Shown here: positions 40,447 through 50,302 of the stretch, piece after piece | How positions within the stretch are numbered: position 1 is the stretch's first letter | Layout of the letters: every line of letters begins with the position of its first letter | DNA from: Flavobacteriales bacterium | Lineage (GTDB): Bacteria > Bacteroidota > Bacteroidia > Palsa-965 | Assembly: GCA_040377305.1 (NCBI GenBank) | Contig: JBEIPA010000004.1 | Location: 32,001 to 96,000 of the forward strand | DNA: 64,000 bases | Direction of reading: 5' to 3' | Made by a program: the position numbers and the translations under genes | The notes under the pieces: generated by a model | Told to the model about the DNA's origin: nothing | Database searches by the model: none | The model's input: the letters and a program-made list of their open reading frames with translations, nothing else

Positions 40447-40890
40447 ATGAAAACCATTCTTGCAATTTGGCACAGCAGCAACAAAGGGAAATCTGCAACA
40501 CTAAGAAATGTAGCAGCACTTCTCTTGGCTCGATCAGGAGTTACAGTTCTGTTTCCTATAGGTGGTCCACCTGACATGACTGGAGATTTCCGTTTGGTTA
40601 TTCAAATCAACGGAAAGGTGATTTCAATCGAATCGCAAGGTGATCCAAACACCAATTTGAAACACCGTCTGTCCGAGTTGGTTACTTTATACCGTAGTGA
40701 CCTTATTTTCTGTACCACGCGCACACGGGGTGATACGGTCGATGCGGTCAATTCAGTAGCGGACGGGCATGGATATGAAATCATTTGGACTTCTACCTAC
40801 CAGATGGCAAATCGCAGCAATGATGCATCTGCGAATGATGCAAAAGCGCGGCACCTTCTCGATTTGCTACAGACGCTCAGGCGCATCTAG
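40447..40890 (+). CDS. Small protein with a degenerate P-loop
   Basis: AIWHSSNKGKS, SQGD and IFCTTRTRG motifs. Confidence 0.65.
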   Translation: MKTILAIWHSSNKGKSATLRNVAALLLARSGVTVLFPIGGPPDMTGDFRLVIQINGKVISIESQGDPNTNLKHRLSELVTLYRSDLIFCTTRTRGDTVDAVNSVADGHGYEIIWTSTYQMANRSNDASANDAKARHLLDLLQTLRRI

Positions 40891-40984
40891 TCCTGTAATT
40901 AGGCAAGCAACGAAAAACGAGTTCTCGCTCTCATCCTCTTGCCCGCCATGAATAACTTCAATATCCTTTATGCTCTCCGGAACT

Positions 40985-42751
40985 TCAGACTTTCCATAAG
41001 GACATTATTCTTTCCTTCAATCGCTTGTTTCGAGTCATAAAGTATAACATCAGATCATTGACCACTTCAGGTTCTCCATCATTCACATATTCCTGTATGT
41101 ATCCTCTGCGCATCAGCGCCAGAATCCTTTTAGGCGTTGGCATGCGATCTATCTCAGCGATTATGTCTTTCGGCACAATACAATATGAGCACAAGCTATC
41201 CATGAAAATGCCTTTCAACTCGCGAGGTATTTTCTGCACTTCTGGCTCAAAATCCTGAGGACGCAAAAACTGATACAGGACATACGAGTCTCGCTTCCTC
41301 TGAAAATATAAGTTCTCAAAGTTTTCGCTTTTGATCCTCTGCTTAAATAAGCGAGCCAGAATGTACTTCGAATGGGACGCATTGTAGGGAACATAACTCA
41401 CATCATTCAGGAAATGATTCCTATAATCCTTGATTTCGGCCTCAAACCGTCCAATCAATTCGTCAACAGTGGCCCCTCTTATATCCCTAGTCTTTGTGTA
41501 CAGCCCGTTACGGATGGCACTATGCGTGATCGGCTCATTGAGCAAAAGCCGGTATGCTCCAAATGCATCAATAAATTTCACTACAACATCAATCTTTGCA
41601 ATGATGGTCGCTTCGTCATCCATCTTATGCAACGGAGCCATAATCAGCGGATACGATAGCGAATGGGAAATGCCTTTGTATGACAACAGCCTCAAATTAT
41701 GCTCATCCGGCTTCTCATTATATTCATAGTCGAGAAGTCGCAAGTACACATCGGAATAGAAATTAAAATCTGAATGCACGAAAAAATAGAAGTCTTCCGA
41801 TGCTTGGAGGCCGAGCTGCTTAACGTCATTCTCCTGTACCCATGAATGAAATCGAGTTCCGATTTTCTCAAAGTCCTCATTAACGGCCCCGCGCTCCGAT
41901 GTGCGTATCGTAATCGCATATTTTGCACGAAGCCAAGCCCGAAAGAAATCCTGATCTGCTTCGTTGCTATAGGCTTTCAATGCACCAATCTTGTTTTTCC
42001 AGATGACGTCTAGTGCTTTAATTTTAGTATCATCTCCTGACTTCGAGAGAAGGTAACTCTTCAACATCTCCGTGGGCGTCAACTGCAAGCCCCTATCATT
42101 CATTGTCTCGAAAATCGTATAGGCGCTATCGCTTGTTTGCGTCTTGATCTCAATAAAGACAAGCTTCTCTGTTATCCAAGTAATAAATAGCGGAAGGACT
42201 TCCGGATGCAATAATACGATCGGGAACAACTCCTCAACATCGCCGTATCGCATCATGAGATTCTCACACGACTCATTCCTTAGAACCGACTCAGAGAAAG
42301 GAACGCCCCTAAACAGAAAATTGAGCACATCAACCCTCTCTGGGATATTAAAGTTGTAGGATTCGACGCCGAAGTAATCCGAGTAGATATAGTTGAGCAA
42401 CTTATCCTTGGTGTCACTTACCTCGTTCAACTTACGATTGAGGAATATCATCAAAAGCGTAAACGACGTCAAGCGCTGCTGCCCATCTACGATGCTGATT
42501 TCGACTTTATCGAAGAACAGTACGATAGGGCCCATGAAATACTTGGAATACGTCGCGACATCCGCTTGCGAATGACCCGGGCTCCAATTTGACATGAAAC
42601 TGCGCTCGAGGTCGACAATCAGGTTCTCTATATTGTCCCGTGTCCATTTGTACTCCCGTTGGAAATATCCGACCTTATAGTGCTTGTCCTTTAGCACTTC
42701 CTTCAAGGATCTACTATGAGCCTCGATGTTATTTGCGGCATGGTCTGTCAT
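40985..42751 (-). CDS. DUF262 (GmrS-like) protein with a degenerate C-terminal DUF1524/HNH region
   Basis: FQREYKW, VDGQQRLT and FETMNDRG motifs; no EHIxP/EHIW motif. Confidence 0.85.
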   Translation of the reverse strand: MTDHAANNIEAHSRSLKEVLKDKHYKVGYFQREYKWTRDNIENLIVDLERSFMSNWSPGHSQADVATYSKYFMGPIVLFFDKVEISIVDGQQRLTSFTLLMIFLNRKLNEVSDTKDKLLNYIYSDYFGVESYNFNIPERVDVLNFLFRGVPFSESVLRNESCENLMMRYGDVEELFPIVLLHPEVLPLFITWITEKLVFIEIKTQTSDSAYTIFETMNDRGLQLTPTEMLKSYLLSKSGDDTKIKALDVIWKNKIGALKAYSNEADQDFFRAWLRAKYAITIRTSERGAVNEDFEKIGTRFHSWVQENDVKQLGLQASEDFYFFVHSDFNFYSDVYLRLLDYEYNEKPDEHNLRLLSYKGISHSLSYPLIMAPLHKMDDEATIIAKIDVVVKFIDAFGAYRLLLNEPITHSAIRNGLYTKTRDIRGATVDELIGRFEAEIKDYRNHFLNDVSYVPYNASHSKYILARLFKQRIKSENFENLYFQRKRDSYVLYQFLRPQDFEPEVQKIPRELKGIFMDSLCSYCIVPKDIIAEIDRMPTPKRILALMRRGYIQEYVNDGEPEVVNDLMLYFMTRNKRLKERIMSLWKV

Positions 42752-42754
42752 TGT

Positions 42755-43552
42755 CTATTGTAATCCTTTAACTATGTAACGTAACATGAAATATGCGTGC
42801 TCGTACGCCCCCATATACGGAGGCGTTGGCTCAACCTCACCGTGAAATAACATGCATCGCAGCGTATAAAGCATTTTTATACATGCCTTCGCGACAGTAG
42901 TTGGGTCATTAATAAAACGAACAGAGTCGGTTGGGTCCAATACAATGTAGTCGCCTTTAGTCTTCGACGATGCAACCAGATCAATCGCTTTGTGCGGATC
43001 GATCGCCTCAAAACAATTCAGTATTTTCTCCTGTATTTTTCGGTCTGTAATCTTAATAAAGTCCACATCTCGCTTTAGATCTTCAATATCATAGGGTGAT
43101 TTTCGGAAATCGACAAAAGTCTTGTTGTTCTTATCGACAGCGACCATTTCAAAATATGACTGCTTGTTTTCCGCTTTGAAAGCATTGCCTTCTTTATCCG
43201 TCGCGTTGGCAAACTTCTTGGGATTCTCGCTGAGATAAATACGCTTGAATGTTTGTCGCACACCGCAGTGATGAAACGGCCTCGTCTCTAAAAATATGTG
43301 GAGTTGCGCAAGCCGATGCCGAAACTCCTTGGCCTCATAGCTGTCGGAGCGAAGCAACGATTCAAAAATCATTCGCGGTTTACTGCTGGTACTGTCTTGC
43401 AGTTCTTTAATAAGCTTGCTGTCATTTCTATTATGCTGTGGCATCTCAGCAACGTACCACGCGTTGAAAGGAATCCACGCGCGGATGAAAATCATGAAGT
43501 AGTCCGGCTCCGATTGGCGAATCCAGTGATCAATGTTGCCGCGAAAGGTCAT
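42755..43552 (-). CDS. HEPN-like RNase
   Basis: N-terminal FIRAWIPFNAWY and RxxxxH motif YTLRCMLFHGE. Confidence 0.72.
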   Translation of the reverse strand: MTFRGNIDHWIRQSEPDYFMIFIRAWIPFNAWYVAEMPQHNRNDSKLIKELQDSTSSKPRMIFESLLRSDSYEAKEFRHRLAQLHIFLETRPFHHCGVRQTFKRIYLSENPKKFANATDKEGNAFKAENKQSYFEMVAVDKNNKTFVDFRKSPYDIEDLKRDVDFIKITDRKIQEKILNCFEAIDPHKAIDLVASSKTKGDYIVLDPTDSVRFINDPTTVAKACIKMLYTLRCMLFHGEVEPTPPYMGAYEHAYFMLRYIVKGLQ

Positions 43553-43775
43553 AGGAAATTGTATCTACGTGATGATTGAGGGAGTGTAAGCAACACACAT
43601 AAATACGTCTTTTTACTTAATGTTTTTGCAGCGGGACGTAAAAACTGACAAGAAATTCAGCTTTTTTACCATCCAAATCTCGGTATCATCAAGGTTTTAT
43701 TCACAGATCTAATATTTCAGTAAAAGAAATGCACCGATCCCATATCTTCGTTAGTAACGCTGAATAACTAAAACT

Positions 43776-44828
43776 ATGCTGGATTTTTCTCGGGCACAAC
43801 TCGCCGCCGTTGTATTTCACAAAATAGGTACGAAAGCCAAAGGGGACGAAAGTTTTTTTTCCAAGGAACTGTTCACGCCGAGCGAAGACCTGACCCAATC
43901 CTTGCTTGAATATTTCCTACTGCCATTCAGGAGCATTAATGACCAATACAAGTTTCATCACTCCTCAAGTCTCGACTATAATGAAGTATATAATTACGCG
44001 AGAAAATCCTTTGAACGCAGTAATACGTTTCTGAACAGATCCGTTGATATCGCAAAGCACCTCTATGATCAGTCGGAACATCCAGGGATTAAAAGCGGTG
44101 AACTTGCAATTGTTTTGTTTACGAATGTAATCTACGAAACGCAAGAAATGGATGCGATAGGCATTTATAAATCAGAGCGAAAGGATACATTTTTCCAATT
44201 CAAGAAGGGTGAGGAGAAACTGACAGTAAGTACCAGCCAAGGAGTCAATGCAAAAAAACTTGATAAGGCGGCGCTGATAGTGAACGCTGATTTGGACGAC
44301 GGATTAAGAGTGTTCTGCATCGACAACAATAATTATGATACCGAATATTGGAAAGATAAGTTTCTCAATATCACGGATGCAAGGGATGCCAACTATCAGA
44401 CGAAGAATTACATCGGCCTGTGTAAGAGTTTTTCTGCCGAAGTTATCGAACCATCATTGGGAAGGAGAGAAGGAATTGCATTTCTCAATCACTCGCTGAA
44501 GTACATGCAGGACAATGAATCACTAGAGCTCGATGACTTTGCCAATACCGTCTTACGCGACCAGGGTTTGGAAAAGGACTTCAAGAAGTACAAACGAACA
44601 TTCGAGAAAGAGAACGATGTCGCGATCGAAGAAGATTTTGAGATATCCAAGCCAACCCTCCGCCAACAAAAGAAAAAAATCAAAAGTGAGATAACACTGG
44701 ACACTCAAATTCAAATAAAATTGGGGCCTACTGCAACTGAAAATGGAGAGGAGTTTATAGAGCGGGGCTACGATGAGAAGCGAAAAATGTTCTTCTATAA
44801 AGTGTTCTTCAATAACGAAACAGACTAA
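43776..44828 (+). CDS. Nucleoid-associated protein (NdpA/YejK, NA-37 family)
   Basis: FHKIG, LYDQSEHPGIKSGEL, IGIYKSE, KLDKAALI and YWKDKFL. Confidence 0.85.
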   Translation: MLDFSRAQLAAVVFHKIGTKAKGDESFFSKELFTPSEDLTQSLLEYFLLPFRSINDQYKFHHSSSLDYNEVYNYARKSFERSNTFLNRSVDIAKHLYDQSEHPGIKSGELAIVLFTNVIYETQEMDAIGIYKSERKDTFFQFKKGEEKLTVSTSQGVNAKKLDKAALIVNADLDDGLRVFCIDNNNYDTEYWKDKFLNITDARDANYQTKNYIGLCKSFSAEVIEPSLGRREGIAFLNHSLKYMQDNESLELDDFANTVLRDQGLEKDFKKYKRTFEKENDVAIEEDFEISKPTLRQQKKKIKSEITLDTQIQIKLGPTATENGEEFIERGYDEKRKMFFYKVFFNNETD

Positions 44829-44848
44829 CCAACCCAACCCCTATACAT

Positions 44849-45718
44849 ATGGCTACCAAGCACAGGACAATCAATTTTTATACGCTGATTAAAACAGAAC
44901 ACGACTCTAAGGAAGAATCTCCAGCGGCGTACATTCGTGATGTAATTAATTACATTCAAACGTTAGACAATGAGCAGCGTTGTGTTGACCTGACACGTCA
45001 AAAATTCTGCTACCTGCATCGAATTACAAAGACAGGGAATGATAAGCATACATTGATCTTTAAATCAGCAAAAAGCGAATATCGCCCACCCCTCATGAAC
45101 AGAAAAACTGTCGAGCGCGAGAATCCTAAGCGCATGGATGAAGGGGATGGAGAAAAGACCCATCTCATTATCAAATACACAAAAAACGACGTGTTCGTTG
45201 TATTGGAGAAAAATGGAAATGGCGTACAAATCAACGCCATTGTCAAATACCTAAAAAGGTATACAAGGGCATACCTAAAGGCACAAAAACTAAAGTTGAC
45301 ATTTTCGATGGACGCGTATGCGATGGCAAAGGAGAATTTTCTTGTTGAAGTGAAAAAATTGAAGCGTGTATCTATTGGTGAGGTATATGTGGAAAAATCC
45401 ATCCTTGGATCTGATGCGCTTAACTTTTCAAACCGCACGCAATCAATAAAGCACGATATCATTCTTAAGATGAGCGCAGAGCGCGACAACTCCATTCTCG
45501 GTCCGATTGAAGATATGTTCAATAAAATGGGCAGCAAGGGGTCAAGAATTACTAAAATTCGCGTTACGGGAAAGACCAAGACCGGAAATGAAATAGTACT
45601 GGACACGAAGTTCATTGAAAAAATGGAAGGTGTTGAATCGGAATTAAATGCGCTCACCGGCGAAGTGAATACTCCAGTAATGCTGGAAGCGCTCAGGGAG
45701 ATTGCTAATCCGCTCTAG
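44849..45718 (+). CDS. Hypothetical protein (DUF6731/DUF4747/KwaB-like, tentative)
   Basis: 289-aa soluble protein directly upstream of a TM gene; family recalled from overall pattern only. Confidence 0.5.
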   Translation: MATKHRTINFYTLIKTEHDSKEESPAAYIRDVINYIQTLDNEQRCVDLTRQKFCYLHRITKTGNDKHTLIFKSAKSEYRPPLMNRKTVERENPKRMDEGDGEKTHLIIKYTKNDVFVVLEKNGNGVQINAIVKYLKRYTRAYLKAQKLKLTFSMDAYAMAKENFLVEVKKLKRVSIGEVYVEKSILGSDALNFSNRTQSIKHDIILKMSAERDNSILGPIEDMFNKMGSKGSRITKIRVTGKTKTGNEIVLDTKFIEKMEGVESELNALTGEVNTPVMLEALREIANPL

Positions 45719-45719
45719 C

Positions 45720-46247
45720 ATGTATGCGGAGTTTATTTTGATCCTATTTGATTACTTCAGGACACTGAAGTTCAGAAACTTTGTGTTCGAGATTGTCATC
45801 CCGCTGATCGGTGCAATTTTAATCTTCCTGCTGGGTCGACAATATTTGTATGTCGACCTTCGACAGCTGACTAAGGATTTCGGAGATACGACTATCACAC
45901 TTCTCGGTGTTTTGATCGGATTCTCGATAACCGTCATCACGATCATGCACACGAGTGGTAATAAGAATATCGAACAGATCAAGAAAAAAAATACGGACTT
46001 TAAAATTGGCAGCAATACCGTGACTCTGTTTCAGCTTGTGCTGATCAATCATACGTACTCGGTAATACTTGAAGTACTCTGTTTGATAGCCAACCTAATA
46101 CTATTCTTAGTGTGGGCAAAAGTACCAGGGCCTCACTTGAAATATTGGCTGAGTATCAATCTATTTTTTGTCCTGCACATTCTACTGCTTAATGTCCGAA
46201 ATATGGCGGACTTCTACTGGATCATGTTTCGCAAGGAATCAAATTAA
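45720..46247 (+). CDS. 4-TM membrane protein
   Basis: Four hydrophobic helices, including LLGVLIGFSITVITI. Confidence 0.75.
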   Translation: MYAEFILILFDYFRTLKFRNFVFEIVIPLIGAILIFLLGRQYLYVDLRQLTKDFGDTTITLLGVLIGFSITVITIMHTSGNKNIEQIKKKNTDFKIGSNTVTLFQLVLINHTYSVILEVLCLIANLILFLVWAKVPGPHLKYWLSINLFFVLHILLLNVRNMADFYWIMFRKESN

Positions 46248-46279
46248 ATCCTTAATTGCCACTCAGAATCGCACTTGCT

Positions 46280-47353
46280 ATGGAAATTACCATTGATGTA
46301 TTTAATGTCGGCGATGGCGATGCCATTCTCGTGCACCTAAGTAAGAACGGCGATCATCTCGTCATGGTTATTGATGCTGGCGATCCAAAGCGCTATGCAG
46401 AAAAGATGCGTGCGCCTCTACAAGAGCTTTTGCGAGAGACGAAGAAGAAGGCCCCTGATGTCGTTGTTTGCTCTCACTATGATCTCGATCACCTAGGCGG
46501 TCTAGTACAACTGGTAGAGGAGTATGGGTCGAGTATCGGGGAAATATGGATGCATAAGGCCCCAGTCGTGTTCGACAATAAGCAGTTCTGGAAGGATGAC
46601 GTATTGAATGAAATGCTTCTGACACTTGATAAGCCGTACGACTTGGTGCTAGAAAAGGAAATAGCTAAGCTTGCACCTCAACTGCCCACTGCGCTTGTTC
46701 TTGAGCAAGCACGAAAAGCGCGCGAGTTTAGTGATACGCTCAAACGCTTTTTGCGTATCGTTCCGCACAATAAAATACGACCGATATTTCATGGCACCTC
46801 ATTGCTGAAAGAATGGCCCGAAGTAAAAATCCTTGGCCCAACCAAGAAATACTTCGATGAGCTTTTCCCTCCTGGAGAAAAAATGGAGCAGTTCATCGCC
46901 TTAGAAGCTATCGCTACCTACGAGGGAACTGCGCTACGATTGCTTACGCAAGAACATGTTGAAAAGATGGTCAAGGTATTTCACGACCGTCCATGCGACA
47001 TTTTAAAAATCAAAAGTCCTAGCAGCCTCACCAGAACCAATAAGGCTAGTATTATCCTTGCGATAGATGTAGCGGAAAATAAACGGTGCCTTTTTACTGG
47101 TGATGCAGGCATCTGCTCCTTCGAAGAAATACCAAATTATGAAAAAGAACTCAAGGACTTATACTGGTTGAAAATACCGCACCATGGCAGTAACAACAAT
47201 ATGTCAAAGCGTCTAGCTGAAATTATGCGTCCAGTATATGCGGATTGCACTGGAAGGGCACATCAAGACGATGAAGTGCTAGAGTGCCTGCGAATGAAAA
47301 AAACGAAAGTGAGAAGCACGAAGGACGGATACGCTCTCAGATTCCCGTATTGA
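46280..47353 (+). CDS. ComEC/Rec2-type metallo-beta-lactamase-fold hydrolase
   Basis: NVGDGDA, IDAG, SHYDLDHLGG, FTGDAG and KIPHHGS. Confidence 0.88.
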   Translation: MEITIDVFNVGDGDAILVHLSKNGDHLVMVIDAGDPKRYAEKMRAPLQELLRETKKKAPDVVVCSHYDLDHLGGLVQLVEEYGSSIGEIWMHKAPVVFDNKQFWKDDVLNEMLLTLDKPYDLVLEKEIAKLAPQLPTALVLEQARKAREFSDTLKRFLRIVPHNKIRPIFHGTSLLKEWPEVKILGPTKKYFDELFPPGEKMEQFIALEAIATYEGTALRLLTQEHVEKMVKVFHDRPCDILKIKSPSSLTRTNKASIILAIDVAENKRCLFTGDAGICSFEEIPNYEKELKDLYWLKIPHHGSNNNMSKRLAEIMRPVYADCTGRAHQDDEVLECLRMKKTKVRSTKDGYALRFPY

Positions 47354-47357
47354 CTCA

Positions 47358-47963
47358 CTAGACGTTTGCAAAGAACATCGTTGCAAACCCACAGAAGTCT
47401 ACGATGACCTGTCTGTGCTCATAGAACTCTTTTCTCGATCCTAAATAATTATTGGTCTGCGGAAGTATTTGCTCTCCAGACTTCAATTCTCGTGCCGTCA
47501 GGCATTTTATATGCCGGCGTGATACGACAATAATGTACGCATCGTCATACGGATAATCGGTCCCCAAGTCTTCGTAGGAAAAAGCGCCCTCCGCACGAAA
47601 CTTCACCTCCACGAATAACAACTGATCATTGCGTTGATCACGGATAGCGAGATCCGGCATCTTTCGTATGTGTCGGGCGATATGTCCTCGGTCGCGTGCC
47701 AGGTACTGCATCACCTCGGGAAACGAATTCTCCATCCCGCATCGATACACGGAATATCCTAAACGCAAAAACATTTCCTCCACCAACGTTTCGGCGATGC
47801 GACCTTTAATCATGCTGAAACTCCGGGTGTACTCATAACTGGAAAGTCCCTCGTTTGCATAGAGTAGTCGCAATCCTTCATCTTCACCGCAGGCCACGCA
47901 ATATGGCTTTCCATATGCACTAGGATAGTCACCGCAGGCAATGCACCATTTTGAGCCACTCAT
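47358..47963 (-). CDS. PD-(D/E)XK nuclease with an N-terminal CxxC-CxxC zinc ribbon
   Basis: GRIAE, MPD and FVEVKFR; CIAC...CVAC. Confidence 0.75.
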   Translation of the reverse strand: MSGSKWCIACGDYPSAYGKPYCVACGEDEGLRLLYANEGLSSYEYTRSFSMIKGRIAETLVEEMFLRLGYSVYRCGMENSFPEVMQYLARDRGHIARHIRKMPDLAIRDQRNDQLLFVEVKFRAEGAFSYEDLGTDYPYDDAYIIVVSRRHIKCLTARELKSGEQILPQTNNYLGSRKEFYEHRQVIVDFCGFATMFFANV

Positions 47964-48013
47964 TTAGTCAGGTTTTGACAAAGCTACTGCGTTTCCAACG
48001 TAATTCTGATACG

Positions 48014-48043
48014 TAGCCGTTTACAAACGTTTGTAAACGGCTA
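48014..48043. promoter_or_regulatory. Perfect 30-bp palindrome between divergent genes
   Basis: TAGCCGTTTACAAAC|GTTTGTAAACGGCTA. Confidence 0.6.
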
Positions 48044-48096
48044 TGCTGGGGAAAAAGAACTATTTTCCACCACCACCAACAACAAGACAAAGACCC

Positions 48097-49560
48097 ATGA
48101 AAAATATTATTCTCACAGCTGCTTTCGTAGCCATGATTGTATTCACTCCATTCGACCTCGGCGCACGGGAACCTGACACCGCAAGAAAAATTGAAATCAA
48201 TTTTGGTAAAAAAACAGTTGAGTATAAGACGTTGCAGGAAATCAAAAAAGGGGACTCCTATAGGGTGATAATCTCAGACATTAACTTGTACATGTATAAC
48301 ATATCGATCTATGCAAAAGACACTACGACAAGTCCTGCTCTTACATTTCCAACGTTTTCCACTTTTAATCTCGACGTAATTAATAAGGCCATTGAATCTT
48401 TATTACCATTTGGAAGTGTAGTGAGTAGAGCTGTAACAATTGCAGCTAACAATGAACTGGAACAAACGCAAAGCTTCCAATGGATGAACGAACCATCAAT
48501 ACTGGCTGCTTTGTACGTAGATTCAAGCATCCACAGTTTTGAAAAAGATTACGTCATTTTTCGCGAGAAACTCGACCTCCTCAGGGACACGCTCGGAATG
48601 ATCAAAAACGATTTCGATAACATTGTCTGGGGTGTACAGCAGGCCGTTATTTCTGCTCAGCTACTTGCTAACTCTACTGCGCCAAATACAAGCCCTATCC
48701 AAGTAATGAGTGATCTAACAAAGATTCGCGTGCGGATATTGCACCTTGAGAACTCCTGGAAAGCAAGCAACGCGGCGGCAACCACTCAGTTGAAAGCGCT
48801 CAAAGAGCAGTATGGAAAAATGAACGTGCCGGATAAGGCAAAGTACAAAACGCTTCTTGAGGAGTTTGAGAAGCTAGTAAATGCCTACACTGCCTTCAAT
48901 ACTAATCTGGGAGAAGCCAAAGTAAGCGCCGATGCCAAGAATTGTAGCCTGATCGTGGCTCCACTGATATCAATTGCTAATAACAGTGCTCGCACGTATA
49001 CTTCTTTCCCCATCACCTATCATGGAGATAATGGTATAATTAAAATAGTTATAACACCTGCCGTAAAAGATGTGACGTTGCCTTCGTGGAGAATAGAGAT
49101 TCGCTTTCCAGAGTATCCGCAAACATATGCAGGAGTGAGTTCGGGGATATTCGTCAGCACCCTCTTTGATGATGCGTATTCTGTTAAAAGCTTAACAGAT
49201 ACAACATTTGAATTACGTCCCGAACAGAAAAGTAGGTGTGAGTTAGGAGTAAACTCATTAATGGTATTTGGCTGGCACCCCTTATGTATGAAAAATACAC
49301 CAACATACTTTCATGGTGCTCTAGGCTTAGGATTAGCTATTTCAAATAAGGTCAGTCCAAGGTTCATGTTAGGTGTCGGAATTTCGCACGGCGATCGTCA
49401 CAAATTCGTGCTCACTGGTGGAATCTTAGGCGGATATGTTTCCAGGCTGAGCAAAGTTTATTTTACTAATGACACGTATAGTTCCAAGCCTGAAAATTTC
49501 ATGGTTTCAAAGTTAGAAGGTGGGTTCTTTGCGTCAGTCGGCTACGCCTTTGCTTTTTGA
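48097..49560 (+). CDS. Exported protein with a helical middle and a beta-barrel-like C-terminus
   Basis: Signal peptide, coiled coil and terminal ...SVGYAFAF. Confidence 0.7.
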   Translation: MKNIILTAAFVAMIVFTPFDLGAREPDTARKIEINFGKKTVEYKTLQEIKKGDSYRVIISDINLYMYNISIYAKDTTTSPALTFPTFSTFNLDVINKAIESLLPFGSVVSRAVTIAANNELEQTQSFQWMNEPSILAALYVDSSIHSFEKDYVIFREKLDLLRDTLGMIKNDFDNIVWGVQQAVISAQLLANSTAPNTSPIQVMSDLTKIRVRILHLENSWKASNAAATTQLKALKEQYGKMNVPDKAKYKTLLEEFEKLVNAYTAFNTNLGEAKVSADAKNCSLIVAPLISIANNSARTYTSFPITYHGDNGIIKIVITPAVKDVTLPSWRIEIRFPEYPQTYAGVSSGIFVSTLFDDAYSVKSLTDTTFELRPEQKSRCELGVNSLMVFGWHPLCMKNTPTYFHGALGLGLAISNKVSPRFMLGVGISHGDRHKFVLTGGILGGYVSRLSKVYFTNDTYSSKPENFMVSKLEGGFFASVGYAFAF

Positions 49561-49738
49561 TCGCAACTCGCTGGCGTTTATTGCCATCTATTTCGAAAGA
49601 AATAAAGTGAGAGGTATATTATGCGAAACCAGTGCATCGCCGATGGGAATAACTTCTGGAAAACTACCCGTTTGCAAACGGGTAGCAATCGGAGCTGAAA
49701 ATATATTAGAGTCGTTAAAACTAGGCCCCCTCTAGAGA

Positions 49739-49771
49739 AAGCGCCGCACTTCCATATGGAATGCGGCGCTT
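49739..49771. terminator. Hairpin downstream of radC (probable terminator)
   Basis: AAGCGCCGCA...TGCGGCGCTT. Confidence 0.55.
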
Positions 49772-49791
49772 CGATTTATACAAGCTGTCCG

Positions 49792-50286
49792 CTATAACAG
49801 CCCTTCTTCTGCGAACGAGAAATATGTGCGTCCATTCGTTGGATCACCTGTGGGATCTGCACTTAGTATGATGTGATCGAGCAATGATAGTTCAAGTATT
49901 GCTGCGCCTTCACCGATGCGCTTGGTGAGCTGAATATCTGCGCGGCTTGGCTGCACTGCCCCAGAAGGATGATTATGACAAAGTATGAAAGCTCCGGCAC
50001 CAGCTGCGAGTGCAGTCATGAAAATTATCTTAGGATCAACTACGGTTGTATGCATTCCTCCAATGGAAATAACACTGCGCGCGATGACGCGATTGGCACG
50101 ATTGAGTAGCAGCATTATGAAATACTCCCGTAATGCAATTTGACCTTCAGGTATTAGGGACCTGCATAATGGTTCTGCATCTCTACTCTGAATAATCTTT
50201 GATGCGTTACTCAGGAATACGGTGGGCTTGTATACAAGTTCAATGTCTGTTACGAATTGTCCGGCAAATGCTTTCTGCGTTCTCAT
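49792..50286 (-). CDS. radC: RadC-like JAB domain protein
   Basis: REYF..LLNRAN, ISIGG, VDPK, HNHPSG...PS.AD and LLDHII; likely start MRTQK. Confidence 0.92.
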   Translation of the reverse strand: MRTQKAFAGQFVTDIELVYKPTVFLSNASKIIQSRDAEPLCRSLIPEGQIALREYFIMLLLNRANRVIARSVISIGGMHTTVVDPKIIFMTALAAGAGAFILCHNHPSGAVQPSRADIQLTKRIGEGAAILELSLLDHIILSADPTGDPTNGRTYFSFAEEGLL

Positions 50287-50302
50287 GTTGTCTCTTTTTA
50301 GT

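Noticed and set aside
4446-45657. Long antisense ORFs such as 4446-5156, 8386-9009, 12640-13419 and 45010-45657
   Set aside because: They are shadows of well-supported genes on the opposite strand and have no motifs.
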